Shown here: piece by piece, positions 10,902-20,585 of the stretch | Numbering within the stretch: the first letter of the stretch is position 1 | Layout of the letters: each line of letters starts with the position of its first letter | DNA from: a bacterium | GTDB lineage: Bacteria > SAR324 > NAC60-12 | Length of the DNA: 64,000 nucleotides | Assembly: GCA_965209155.1 (NCBI GenBank) | Contig: OZ242383.1 | Coordinates: forward strand, 3,520,001 to 3,584,000 | Reading direction: 5' to 3' | The notes under the pieces: generated by a model | What the model was told of the DNA's origin: nothing | Database searches by the model: none | The model's input: only the letters and a program-made list of their open reading frames with translations | Translations under genes and position numbers: made by a program

Positions 10902-11921
10902 TCAATCCGCATTGGATCGATGCTCCGGTTTTAAGCGAAATCGAACAAAGGCCAGGGCCAGTATCATCAGTGCCAGGAACAAACCAACGCCAATCACGCC
11001 ATAGACCATTTGATTGACGGGTACGGCATTGATATGGATGACCAAAAGAGGCTCATTCAATGTGTTCATTTTCCAGGAATCCATCTGCAATTCTCCCAAT
11101 GATTCTTCCTGCAAATACGTAAGTTGAAGAGATTCTAACTGGAGTTGACGTACCGGAGTCAGGACTCTTCCTGCTTTCAAGACGTGGTGGTATTGCCTTT
11201 GTAGTTTATAGCTTCCCAGGAGAACAGGAAGGTTATAGCGGAATATGAGCGTGGTTTCTCCTTGAGCGAACAAGCGATGGAATTGCAATTGCGTGCCCGT
11301 GATTTCATGGATGCGCTCGGACTCGGAAGCATGGTGAAGCAGTTCGAATTGAGTGAATGATTCCGGTAAATTAAAAATTAAGGGATGCCTGCTCGTGTCG
11401 ATGTTGGCTTCGGTGGGGTTGGTCACGGTCAGGACTTCGGTGACCTGCAAGTGCCCCAATCCCGCATCGATGAACAAGGCTGCGTTGGTCACTTCCAATT
11501 TTTCTGTCGTTTCAGAGACCCTGGGAATGACAAGATGGATATTGGCTTCAGTTTGTCCTGGTGTGAGAAAAAAAAATTCCGAGGATACCAGGTTCCCGGT
11601 AAAACGGCTGCCGATGCGATAGGCGGAATCGAGTGAAAGAAGTATGGGTTCGAATTCGAATTTTCCGGAATCTGTGGTTTGGATCCGGGCGACGGGGCCA
11701 TCGGTACTTAGTTCTCCCTGGTCGTTGAGTATGAATTTCAGCAAAACGACTGGAAGGCCATCTTTTGGAATTTTTTCGTCACCAGGTGGAAAAACCTGTC
11801 CCCGAATGACTACCATTTCCTCTGCAGCGACGTTTCCATAATTCATTACTCCCAAAAGGAGGAATAAACAAAAAATAAAATATTTACGCATACAGAAAAA
11901 AAAGCAGGAAAGGAGAATCAT
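10902..11921 (-). CDS. Exported beta-sandwich protein with C-terminal TM anchor
   Basis: Signal peptide, carboxypeptidase-regulatory-like TTDxxGxFxF motif, C-terminal hydrophobic helix. True start may be MRKY. Confidence 0.6.
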   Translation of the reverse strand: MILLSCFFFCMRKYFIFCLFLLLGVMNYGNVAAEEMVVIRGQVFPPGDEKIPKDGLPVVLLKFILNDQGELSTDGPVARIQTTDSGKFEFEPILLSLDSAYRIGSRFTGNLVSSEFFFLTPGQTEANIHLVIPRVSETTEKLEVTNAALFIDAGLGHLQVTEVLTVTNPTEANIDTSRHPLIFNLPESFTQFELLHHASESERIHEITGTQLQFHRLFAQGETTLIFRYNLPVLLGSYKLQRQYHHVLKAGRVLTPVRQLQLESLQLTYLQEESLGELQMDSWKMNTLNEPLLVIHINAVPVNQMVYGVIGVGLFLALMILALAFVRFRLKPEHRSNAD

Positions 11922-12388
11922 GCAGACTGGAGATTCACTGGGGAATGATCGTGCTCGAGTTCATGGATGTTGCATGCTTCGCATCCTTTACTCCATTCAG
12001 AGGTACCATCAATGAAATGTTCTTTTTTCCAAATCGGGACACTGTGTTTAATCGTATCAATGATAAAACGGCTGGCGCTGTAGCCGTCTTTTCGGTGCGA
12101 AGTAGCGACGGCAATGGCAATGGAGCATTCTGAAACACGCATGTGCCCCAGACGGTGAATCACTTCCACATAATGCAACTCCCAGCGCCTGCGGGCTTCC
12201 TTAACCGTTTCGTCGATCTGTTTGAGCGCCATACTTTCTTTCGCTTCGTACTCAAGGGCAATCACTGATTTGCCTTCGCTATGGTTACGAATGTCGCCAC
12301 AAAACAAGAGCATCGCCCCTGCCTGGGGATGATGGGCTCGGGATTGCATTGCATTGAGGTCTATTGGATCACGTGTGATGGCATTCAT
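11918..12388 (-). CDS. moaE: Molybdopterin synthase catalytic subunit
   Basis: GAxxxFxGxxR, LEYEA, HRLG, HR, PIWKKE. Confidence 0.93.
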   Translation of the reverse strand: MNAITRDPIDLNAMQSRAHHPQAGAMLLFCGDIRNHSEGKSVIALEYEAKESMALKQIDETVKEARRRWELHYVEVIHRLGHMRVSECSIAIAVATSHRKDGYSASRFIIDTIKHSVPIWKKEHFIDGTSEWSKGCEACNIHELEHDHSPVNLQSA

Positions 12389-12511
12389 TCAGTCCCACTA
12401 TTTTTAAGAGTCATTGAAAAACAGGTTTGATTCTTCTCGAACGCAGGTGACATCTACTATAAATTACATTATTATCTGGAGAATTAAAATCTATTTTTCA
12501 AGGAAACGCGC

Positions 12512-14314
12512 ATGATTCGGGACACTATTGCCGTTCTTGATTTTGGTAGCCAATATGCTCACCTGATTGCCAAACGGATCCGGCATTTGGGGATATATAC
12601 GGAAATTTACTCTCCTGTGACTGCGGCATCCCACCTGCGATCAATGAAGGGCATTGTCCTTTCCGGAGGACCCGCATCAGTTTTTGCCGAGGATGTTCCT
12701 GCATTCAATGAAAATATTTTGTCATTGGATTTACCAATCCTGGGTCTCTGTTACGGACATCAATTGATTGCCCAATGCTTCGGGGGCACCATTCGGAATA
12801 CGGGATCCGGAGAATTTGGAAAAACTTTTTTTGAGGCAAACGCCTCTTCTCCACTTTGGGCAGATCTTAGTTTTCCTTCCCTGGTATGGATGAGCCACCA
12901 AGACAGCGTGACAATCCCTCCTCCGGAATTCACCGTCATCGGCCATACCGCCAGGTGCCCCATAGTGGCACTTCAGCATAATACACGACCGATTTATACC
13001 CTGCAATTTCACCCTGAAGTAAAAGATACGAATCATGGGGAACAAATCCTGGACAATTTTATCAAACTATGCGGGGCTCGAAAGAGTTGGTCCATGGATT
13101 GTTTTATACGAGACATCATTTCAGAAATTCGGGATACGGTTGGCACTCGCAAAGTATTGACGTTTATCAGCGGCGGGGTCGATTCTTCGGTGACCTTAGC
13201 CTTGTTGAACAAAGCTCTCGGCAAAGAACGAGTTTTGGGGCTTTTCATCGACAATGGTTTTCTGCGTAAAAATGAAGCAGAAATTATTTTGAGTCGTTAC
13301 CATCAACTCGGATTCGACAATGTACGTTTCCGGGATGCCAGTGAAGATTTCCTCGAGGCTTTGCAAGGGCAGGTGGATCCGCAGAAAAAAAGACAAAACG
13401 TGGGCGCCATGTTCGTTCAAATCCGGAACCAGTTTCTCCGGAACCTGAACCTCGATCCCACCGAATGGATGCTCGGACAAGGCACCCTTTATCCTGATAT
13501 CATCGAATCCGGAGGAACCAAACATTCTCGGGTGATTAAATCCCATCACAATCGTGTTCAAGAAATCGAAGATTTGCAGGCAAAAGGACAAGTTTTGGAA
13601 CCTTTGAAAGAATTATACAAAGATGAAGTGCGCGAAATCGCTCAACTCCTGGGTTTGTCCGACTCGATCGTCTGGCGACATCCCTTTCCGGGTCCAGGCC
13701 TGTCAATCAATGTAATTTGCGCCCATGGAGATGAAGTTTATGGGAACACGGCATCCCTTAGAGATACGCTGAACAGGGTCATTGCGCCTTCTGAATATCG
13801 AGCGGATCTCCTTCCCGTACGCTCCGTGGGCGTGCAGGGTGACCAGCGGACTTATGCTTTTCCTGCCGTTTTAAGCGGACCTTTGGATTGGAATTTGCTG
13901 GAACGAACATCTATTCAAATTACCAATGAAGTGAGAGCCATCAATCGCGTCGTCGTGCTTCTCACTCCTTCCCGAATGCCTCTTTTGAAAATCAGAAAAG
14001 CTTATTGCACTAAAGAACGATTGGACCTCTTGCGCGAAGCAGACGCCATTGCCACTCGAACTTTTATAGCAAAAGGTCTCATGCGGAAAATCTTCCAACT
14101 TCTGGTAATTATTTTGCCCCTCTCCGAAAACGATACAGGCCATTGTATTGTCCTGCGCCCTGTTTGTTCCGAAGATGTGATGACCGCTCAATTTGCCAGG
14201 GTCGATTGGAAGACCCTCGAACTCATTGCAGGTCAGATTCTGCGCTTAGCCGGAGTTGAAGCGGTTTTTTACGATGTGACCCACAAGCCTCCTGCGACAA
14301 TTGGCTGGGAATGA
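12512..14314 (+). CDS. guaA: GMP synthase (glutamine-hydrolysing), long form
   Basis: LDFGSQY, GLCYGHQ, QFHPEV, SGGVDS, HPFPGPGL, KPPATIGWE. Confidence 0.96.
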   Translation: MIRDTIAVLDFGSQYAHLIAKRIRHLGIYTEIYSPVTAASHLRSMKGIVLSGGPASVFAEDVPAFNENILSLDLPILGLCYGHQLIAQCFGGTIRNTGSGEFGKTFFEANASSPLWADLSFPSLVWMSHQDSVTIPPPEFTVIGHTARCPIVALQHNTRPIYTLQFHPEVKDTNHGEQILDNFIKLCGARKSWSMDCFIRDIISEIRDTVGTRKVLTFISGGVDSSVTLALLNKALGKERVLGLFIDNGFLRKNEAEIILSRYHQLGFDNVRFRDASEDFLEALQGQVDPQKKRQNVGAMFVQIRNQFLRNLNLDPTEWMLGQGTLYPDIIESGGTKHSRVIKSHHNRVQEIEDLQAKGQVLEPLKELYKDEVREIAQLLGLSDSIVWRHPFPGPGLSINVICAHGDEVYGNTASLRDTLNRVIAPSEYRADLLPVRSVGVQGDQRTYAFPAVLSGPLDWNLLERTSIQITNEVRAINRVVVLLTPSRMPLLKIRKAYCTKERLDLLREADAIATRTFIAKGLMRKIFQLLVIILPLSENDTGHCIVLRPVCSEDVMTAQFARVDWKTLELIAGQILRLAGVEAVFYDVTHKPPATIGWE

Positions 14315-14472
14315 TCACTATTGATGACTGGATTATGAAAAAGTGGTAAAAAATTCAACAGGGTGATCTTGTTGATAAATTTTAATTTTGATAGGCTGAA
14401 AATCTACCGAAATTGCAAAAGTCAATCTTGCAATTATATTCTACAAACTGAAAAAGCTCGAGGATTGAAACC

Positions 14473-14685
14473 ATGGATATACAGGATTTTAATAAAGAAG
14501 AACTCATCAAAAAATACAAAACCAACCTGGTCATAAAAAGTGGTACGATCGTAGTTTTTTTGCTGTTAGCCTACATGCTGCCAGGAGGATTCCTCAATTT
14601 TCTTTTTGCGCTTGCTGGCTTGGGTTTGGGCTATCTGGCTTACAACGACCATGTTGAAAATGTCGATGAACTCGATTCCCAATAG
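14473..14685 (+). CDS. Small membrane protein (70 aa)
   Basis: GAGGA RBS, two hydrophobic segments. The stop abuts element copy 3. Confidence 0.6.
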   Translation: MDIQDFNKEELIKKYKTNLVIKSGTIVVFLLLAYMLPGGFLNFLFALAGLGLGYLAYNDHVENVDELDSQ

Positions 14686-15254
14686 TCATCACCACCGGCA
14701 GAGCCGGTGGCTTGAAGAGGCCCCCCAGTATGAGGGCAAAACGTATTCGTCATCGTAAGACGTGCTCGTGCTCGTGAACGAAAAAGGCTGCCATGTTAGA
14801 TCATGAAAAACTCGATGTATACCAATGTTCCATCGAATTTTTAGCGTTATCTGTCCAAGTCATCGAAACATTGCCAAAAGGATACTCAGCCTTAGTTGAC
14901 CAACTGAAAAGGGCCTCATGGTCGATTCCTCTCAATATCGCAGAAGGCTGTGGAAAAAATTCTTTTTTCCTGACAAGCAACGATTCTATGCATTTGCCCG
15001 AGGTTTTTCCAATGGAATGCGCTGCTATTCTCGATGTTTTAAACGTGTTGAAGATCATCCAGCCTCCTTTATTTGACGAAGGGAAACAGTTACTTCAACG
15101 CATTGTTTCTATGTTAACCAAAATGTGCCGTCGAATTCACTGACCGTTCACGAGCACGAGCACGGCTAACGGACACGGATACGTTTCTCATGTCTGACCG
15201 GCAAAGCCTATTAGGTTCGCACCAGCAGAGCTGGTGGTTTCATGAGATTAATTA
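14684..15254 (+). mobile_element. Four-helix-bundle element, copy 3 (571 bp)
   Basis: Same ends as copies 1 and 4, with 4 extra bases in homopolymer tracts. Confidence 0.9.
14793..15143 (+). pseudogene. Four-helix-bundle protein with compensating +2/+1 frameshifts
   Basis: PDKQRFYAFARGSA is replaced by out-of-frame FLTSNDSMHLPEVFP between ~14963 and ~15010. Confidence 0.75.
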
Positions 15255-15441
15255 CCAGGGGGTTGCATGGTCAACAGTACCTGACTCGATTGAGTACGAT
15301 TTTTCTGTTGTTTTTCAGAAGAATCAGTATTTTTTATGATTTGAAAATATCTCAAAAAGGGATCATTCGAATGTCCGCATTTAGAAATTATATCCGCATC
15401 CTGCATTCGGAAGAATCCGCCGTTCCAGTGAAGGAGAAGAA

Positions 15442-15840
15442 ATGAGGGAAGTCGTCCCGAACCTGTTGTACACCAAGGAGCACGAGTGGATTCGTATTGA
15501 TGGAAATTCTTGTACTGTGGGCATCACGGACTATGCCCAACATTTACTGGGAGATGTGGTTTACGTGGAATTGCCTTTGGTGGACGATGAAATAGACGCC
15601 AGCGATGAATTTGGCACAATTGAATCCGTAAAAGCGGTTTCTTCCTTATTCATGCCCATGTCTGGAAAAATTATCGAAGTCAACACCACTTTGGAAGATG
15701 AACCGGAAATCATCAATGATGACTGTTATGGAGAAGGCTGGTTGATCCGTATGCATGCTTCCAACTTAAACGAGCATGAATCCTTGCTCACTTCAGAAGA
15801 GTACGAAACTTTTTTAATAGAAGAAGAACCTGGTTCTTGA
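15442..15840 (+). CDS. gcvH: Glycine cleavage system H protein
   Basis: YTKEHEW, VGITDYAQ, IESVKA lipoyl-lysine, YGEGWL. AAGGAG RBS. Confidence 0.95.
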   Translation: MREVVPNLLYTKEHEWIRIDGNSCTVGITDYAQHLLGDVVYVELPLVDDEIDASDEFGTIESVKAVSSLFMPMSGKIIEVNTTLEDEPEIINDDCYGEGWLIRMHASNLNEHESLLTSEEYETFLIEEEPGS

Positions 15841-15888
15841 ATAGCTCACTCAGATTGTTTACTACCCTTTCTGAACTCCCTGGTTTTC

Positions 15889-17037
15889 TCAATCAGGCCG
15901 GGGTAAACAGCGCATCAGGCGAGCGACTCGTTCTCCGGTTTGTCGCATCAAGCGCCCCCCTTCCCGGATTGACTCTGCCAGTGTGAGAGGCGTGCAAAGC
16001 AGTGGCATGGTGGCGCTGATATGTTCTTTATGCAAAAGGGGGAGGTCTTCCTGCGCAATTGATCCTCCTATTGCCAAAAGCGGAATTTGGTATCGTCTTG
16101 CCACCCTGGCAACACCTGCAATCGTTTTCCCTCGAATTGTCTGGGAATCGATACGGCCTTCCCCGGTGACAATCAAATCCGTATGGCGAGCCGATTGTTC
16201 AAATCCCACATGCTCCATAACGATGCGGATACCGCTTTTCAGTTCCGCATTCAAAAGAGCGGAAAACATTCCACCCAATCCACCCGCCGCACCGGCCCCG
16301 GGAAGGTTTGAAACGTCTTGTCCCAAATCTCGCAGGATCACCTCTGCCAAATTCGACATTCCCGCTTCCAGGTGTTCGATCATTTCTGTTGTGGCCCCTT
16401 TTTGGGGTCCGAATATTCGCGCCGCTCCTTGAGGTCCAATCCAAGGGTTGTCGACGTCGCAGGCAATCGTGAATTGGATTTTGTTCAATTCAAAAATGAG
16501 TGATTTCGCGCAAATACGGCCGATGCGGGACAGGTCTTTACCTGCCAGTTTCTTTTCCAAAAGAATTCCATCTTTATCAAAAAACTGTATTCCCAGGGCT
16601 TGAGCCATCCCTGTTCCTCCGTCCACCGTGGCGCTGCCTCCAATTCCTATATATAAATGGCTGGCCCCCTCCTCAATCGCTGCTTTGATCAATTCACCCG
16701 TACCATAGGAGGTAGTCGTCAGTGGATTTCTCTGGTGAGGAGGAACCAGTTCCAATCCCGATGCGGCTGCCATTTCAACGACTGCTTCTTTTTTATCTCG
16801 AATTAATCCGAAGGACGCTTGAACCATTGAACCCAAAGGGCCTGTCACCTGACGATTTTGTATGCCCCCCTGTTGAAAAACCAATGCTTCTACAAACCCT
16901 TCACCTCCATCGGAAAGCGCAACCGTCACAATCTGAGCATTGGGGAAAATCGTTTCGAATCCCTCTTGAAAATATTGGGCTGCTTCGAGACTGCTCAAGG
17001 ACTCCTTGAATGAGTCGAAAGCCAATAATATTTTCAT
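15889..17037 (-). CDS. glxK: Glycerate kinase (GlxK/GarK family)
   Basis: DSFKESL, SDGGEG, GIGGSATVDGG, GAGAAGG, TGEGRIDSQT. Confidence 0.92.
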   Translation of the reverse strand: MKILLAFDSFKESLSSLEAAQYFQEGFETIFPNAQIVTVALSDGGEGFVEALVFQQGGIQNRQVTGPLGSMVQASFGLIRDKKEAVVEMAAASGLELVPPHQRNPLTTTSYGTGELIKAAIEEGASHLYIGIGGSATVDGGTGMAQALGIQFFDKDGILLEKKLAGKDLSRIGRICAKSLIFELNKIQFTIACDVDNPWIGPQGAARIFGPQKGATTEMIEHLEAGMSNLAEVILRDLGQDVSNLPGAGAAGGLGGMFSALLNAELKSGIRIVMEHVGFEQSARHTDLIVTGEGRIDSQTIRGKTIAGVARVARRYQIPLLAIGGSIAQEDLPLLHKEHISATMPLLCTPLTLAESIREGGRLMRQTGERVARLMRCLPRPD

Positions 17038-17054
17038 AGAAGCGTCAAATGTGG

Positions 17055-18986
17055 TTAAGGTTGGTTGGTGAGCAATTGTTCCACCACGGAAGGGTCGGCA
17101 AGAGTGGAAATATCTCCGACGTTGTCAGAGTCTCCTTCTGCAATTTTTCTTAAAATCCGCCGCATGATTTTGCCGCTTCGGGTTTTAGGGAGTCCCGGTG
17201 CCCAGTGTAAGATATCTATTGTTGCGATCGGTCCTATTTCGTGACGCACAAGCGCAATGAGTTCTTTTTTGAGTGCTTCACTCTCCGCAGCGCCAGTGTT
17301 GAGAGTCACATAGGCATACAATCCTTGTCCTTTGATATCATGGGGGAATCCCACAACGGCGGCTTCGGCGACATCTTCGTGGAGTACCAGGGCGGATTCC
17401 ACTTCCGCAGTGCCCAGACGATGTCCGGATACGTTGATCACGTCGTCGACTCTCCCGGTGATCCAGTAATACCCGTCTTCATCACGGCGGCAACCATCTC
17501 CCGTGAAATAATATCCAGGGTATTGACTGAAATAAGTCTCATAAAACCGTTTCTGGTCTCCATAGACACCCCTCATTTGACCGGGCCAGGGTGCTTTGAT
17601 GCATAGATTTCCGGATCCTGGTCCCTCTATTTCTTTTCCTTCATTATCCAATAATGCGGGTTGTATACTGAAAAAGGGCCTCGTGGCGGAACCGGGCTTG
17701 GTTTTAGTTGCGCCTGGCAAGGGAGTGATCAGGATTCCCCCGGTTTCAGTCTGCCACCAAGTATCCACAATCGGACATTTCCCTTTCCCTACGACATTAT
17801 GGTACCACAACCAGGCCTCCGGATTTATTGGCTCTCCCACTGTTCCCAGTAAGCGGAGTGAACCGAGGTCTCTTTTTTTCACGTTCTCGTCTCCTTCTTT
17901 GGCAATGGCGCGAATTGCGGTAGGAGCGGTATAAAATATATTGACCTGGTGTTTGTCGACAATATCCCAGAATCGTCCCCAATCCGGATAATTGGGCACT
18001 CCTTCATACATAAGAGTCGTTGCTCCATTAGCCAACGGGCCGTAAACGATATAACTGTGTCCGGTGACCCAACCGATATCAGCGGTACACCAATAGGTCT
18101 CGCCATCCTGGTAATTGAAGACATACTCATGGGTCATTGACGTATAGGTGAGGTAGCCCCCGGAAGTGTGCAAAACTCCTTTGGGTTTGCCTGTAGAGCC
18201 GGAGGTGTAGAGGATGAATAAGGGATCTTCGGCATCCATTTCTTCTGCAGCGCAATCGTCATCGATATCCGGTGCCGTGGTTTCCTCATGCCACCAGAAA
18301 TCACGAGAGCTTTCCATAGGAACCATCTCTCCGGTTCGCTTGACAACCAGGCAAGTTTGTACTTGGGTTCCTTGCAAACCGGCATCCGCATTGGCTTTTA
18401 AAGGAACCGGTTTTTCTCCGCGAAAGCCCCCATCCGCCGTAATGAGTATTTTGGGATCACAATCCAGGATCCGGCTTTTCAAGGCCTCCGCGCTGAATCC
18501 ACCAAAGACTACGGAATGTATCGCTCCAATGCGGGCGCAGGCCAGTACGGAAAAAGCCAATTCCGGAATCATTGGAAGATATATCAATACCCGGTCCCCT
18601 TTTTGTACTCCATGTTTTTTCAGTACATTGGCTGCCCGGCAGACTTCACGATACAACTGTAAATAGGTGAAAGTTTTGCATTCGTGAGGATTATCCCCTT
18701 CCCATATCAATGCTGCGTGATTTTTTTTGGAAGTCAAATGACGATCAATACAATTGTAAGCGACATTCAATTTACCCCCAAGGAACCAGGCGATTTCCGC
18801 CTTGTGATAATCGTACTGACAAACTTTGCGCCACTTTTTGAACCAATGCAATCGTTCCGCATGTTTTGCCCAAAAATCTTCAGGATGGTTGAGGGATTCT
18901 TGATACATCTCGAGATATGTTTCATTGTCGATGAGCGCATTTTTTTTAAATGTTTCCGGAATATCAAAAAGCCTTGCAGTTTCCAT
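17055..18986 (-). CDS. acs: Acetyl-CoA synthetase
   Basis: [32 protein letters not shown]. Confidence 0.96.
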   Translation of the reverse strand: METARLFDIPETFKKNALIDNETYLEMYQESLNHPEDFWAKHAERLHWFKKWRKVCQYDYHKAEIAWFLGGKLNVAYNCIDRHLTSKKNHAALIWEGDNPHECKTFTYLQLYREVCRAANVLKKHGVQKGDRVLIYLPMIPELAFSVLACARIGAIHSVVFGGFSAEALKSRILDCDPKILITADGGFRGEKPVPLKANADAGLQGTQVQTCLVVKRTGEMVPMESSRDFWWHEETTAPDIDDDCAAEEMDAEDPLFILYTSGSTGKPKGVLHTSGGYLTYTSMTHEYVFNYQDGETYWCTADIGWVTGHSYIVYGPLANGATTLMYEGVPNYPDWGRFWDIVDKHQVNIFYTAPTAIRAIAKEGDENVKKRDLGSLRLLGTVGEPINPEAWLWYHNVVGKGKCPIVDTWWQTETGGILITPLPGATKTKPGSATRPFFSIQPALLDNEGKEIEGPGSGNLCIKAPWPGQMRGVYGDQKRFYETYFSQYPGYYFTGDGCRRDEDGYYWITGRVDDVINVSGHRLGTAEVESALVLHEDVAEAAVVGFPHDIKGQGLYAYVTLNTGAAESEALKKELIALVRHEIGPIATIDILHWAPGLPKTRSGKIMRRILRKIAEGDSDNVGDISTLADPSVVEQLLTNQP

Positions 18987-19201
18987 AGAGTCTCCATTTG
19001 GAAAGATTGGGTCGCTTTTTTAAAGTCAATTCATTCGAAGGCCACTATACACGAATATCGTCAAAAAGTTAAATCAGGTCCCACAGGAAACTGGGAGATT
19101 GCGAATTGAGGCCATCAATACTAGAATCAACGCTATCGTTTCCGATGAATGTTAATCTTCCACCGACTGGTTAATCCTATTCATTTTATTTTCTTCAAAC
19201 C

Positions 19202-20425
19202 ATGCGTCGAATAACAGGAATCTTAGTGATCAGCATTTATATGCTTCCCGTTACGCTTTTTGCCACGGGATTGCAGGACAAATTATTGCCATACATCAAA
19301 AACGGTAGCGTCCTGGTTGCTGACGATCAATCCATCCTTTTCAGCTACCATGCCGAAACAATGCTGGTCCCTGCTTCGATCCTGAAATTGGCCACGGCAT
19401 TGGCCGCACTGCATTACCTGGGAGAGCATTATCATTACCAAACCGAATTTTATCTCAACAAGGAAAACGACCTGACGGTTCGTGGATATGGAGACCCTTT
19501 GTTGGTTTCAGAAGAACTTAAAACCATTGCCGTCAAATTGTCGCAGCAGGAGAGTCTGCCTCAAACCCTTCGTCATCTCAATCTGGATGCCTCCTCTTTC
19601 GCGCCGGATATTCGCATCCCGGGAGTTGAAAACTCCCTCAACCCTTATGACGCCTTGAATGGCGCCTTGGTGGCCAATTTCAACACTGCCTACGTGATGG
19701 TCGACAAGAACCGGAAAGTCAGGTCCGCAGAAGAGCAAACACCACTGATCCCTTTAACGCTTCAGCTGGCAAAAGGACTGGCTCCGGGCAAGCATCGCAT
19801 CAATATTTCTCAGCAAGGCGAATACGTTCTACCCTACCTGGGTGGATTGCTGAAAGAATTTTTATCCCAGCATGGTATTACGGTTTCTGGCCAGGTCGCT
19901 GCTCGCAGCATCACTCCTCGAGATCAGTTGATCCTCGTCTACCAAAATCCTCGCACTTTGCGCAATACCATTGAAAGCATGATGCTGTACTCCAATAATT
20001 TCATTGCCAACCAATTGCTTCTCACCATCGGATTGCAACAATTTGGAATGCCTGCGCGCCTGGATAGCGCAGTGCAATCTCTACAGGCTTTACTGGAAAA
20101 TGAACTGAATATTCCACCTGCTTGGTTCGAGCTGACGGAAGGATCGGGAATTTCTCGAAACAATCGCATCAATGCCCGGGCCATGTTGCAATTGCTGAAA
20201 GCCTTTCACCCTCATCGTCATCTCCTTGCCGAACACCAGGGTCTGCGATTAAAAACGGGTACCCTGAAAGGCGTATATACCATGGCTGGTTATCTTTCCA
20301 CACCATCCCACAGACGCTACTTTGTCATCATGCTCAATCAGAAACAAAACTTTCGTGACCGTATCCTTACGCTGCTGCGTCAAGAATTTTTAATTCAAAC
20401 TCCAACTGATAATCCCGAAATATAG
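19202..20425 (+). CDS. dacB: D-Ala-D-Ala carboxypeptidase/endopeptidase (peptidase S13, PBP4)
   Basis: PASILK (SxxK), GDP, SNN, GSGISR, KTGTL. Confidence 0.88.
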   Translation: MRRITGILVISIYMLPVTLFATGLQDKLLPYIKNGSVLVADDQSILFSYHAETMLVPASILKLATALAALHYLGEHYHYQTEFYLNKENDLTVRGYGDPLLVSEELKTIAVKLSQQESLPQTLRHLNLDASSFAPDIRIPGVENSLNPYDALNGALVANFNTAYVMVDKNRKVRSAEEQTPLIPLTLQLAKGLAPGKHRINISQQGEYVLPYLGGLLKEFLSQHGITVSGQVAARSITPRDQLILVYQNPRTLRNTIESMMLYSNNFIANQLLLTIGLQQFGMPARLDSAVQSLQALLENELNIPPAWFELTEGSGISRNNRINARAMLQLLKAFHPHRHLLAEHQGLRLKTGTLKGVYTMAGYLSTPSHRRYFVIMLNQKQNFRDRILTLLRQEFLIQTPTDNPEI

Positions 20426-20494
20426 AGCGCCCCCCCTGCCTCTGCGTCTCCTCTCCTCCTGCTAAAACTGACTATTGAAACTTGAATTTCCGCC

Positions 20495-20532
20495 TTGACG
20501 ATTTGTTAGCACTCATTCATAATGAGTGCTAA
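20495..20532 (+). promoter_or_regulatory. CIRCE (HrcA operator) overlapping the sigma70 promoter of clpB
   Basis: Perfect TTAGCACTC-N9-GAGTGCTAA at 20506-20532. TTGACG (20495)-17 bp-CATAAT. Confidence 0.93.
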
Positions 20533-20585
20533 CAAATTCGGAATAAGAAGAGTCACAATCAAGAGAGAGCATAAGGAGGAGCGAG

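Noticed and set aside
15442..17037. Glyoxylate/serine pathway operon (gcvH, glycerate kinase, reductase, aminotransferase)
   Set aside because: Genes are scattered over ~38 kb on different strands with no shared regulatory motif seen
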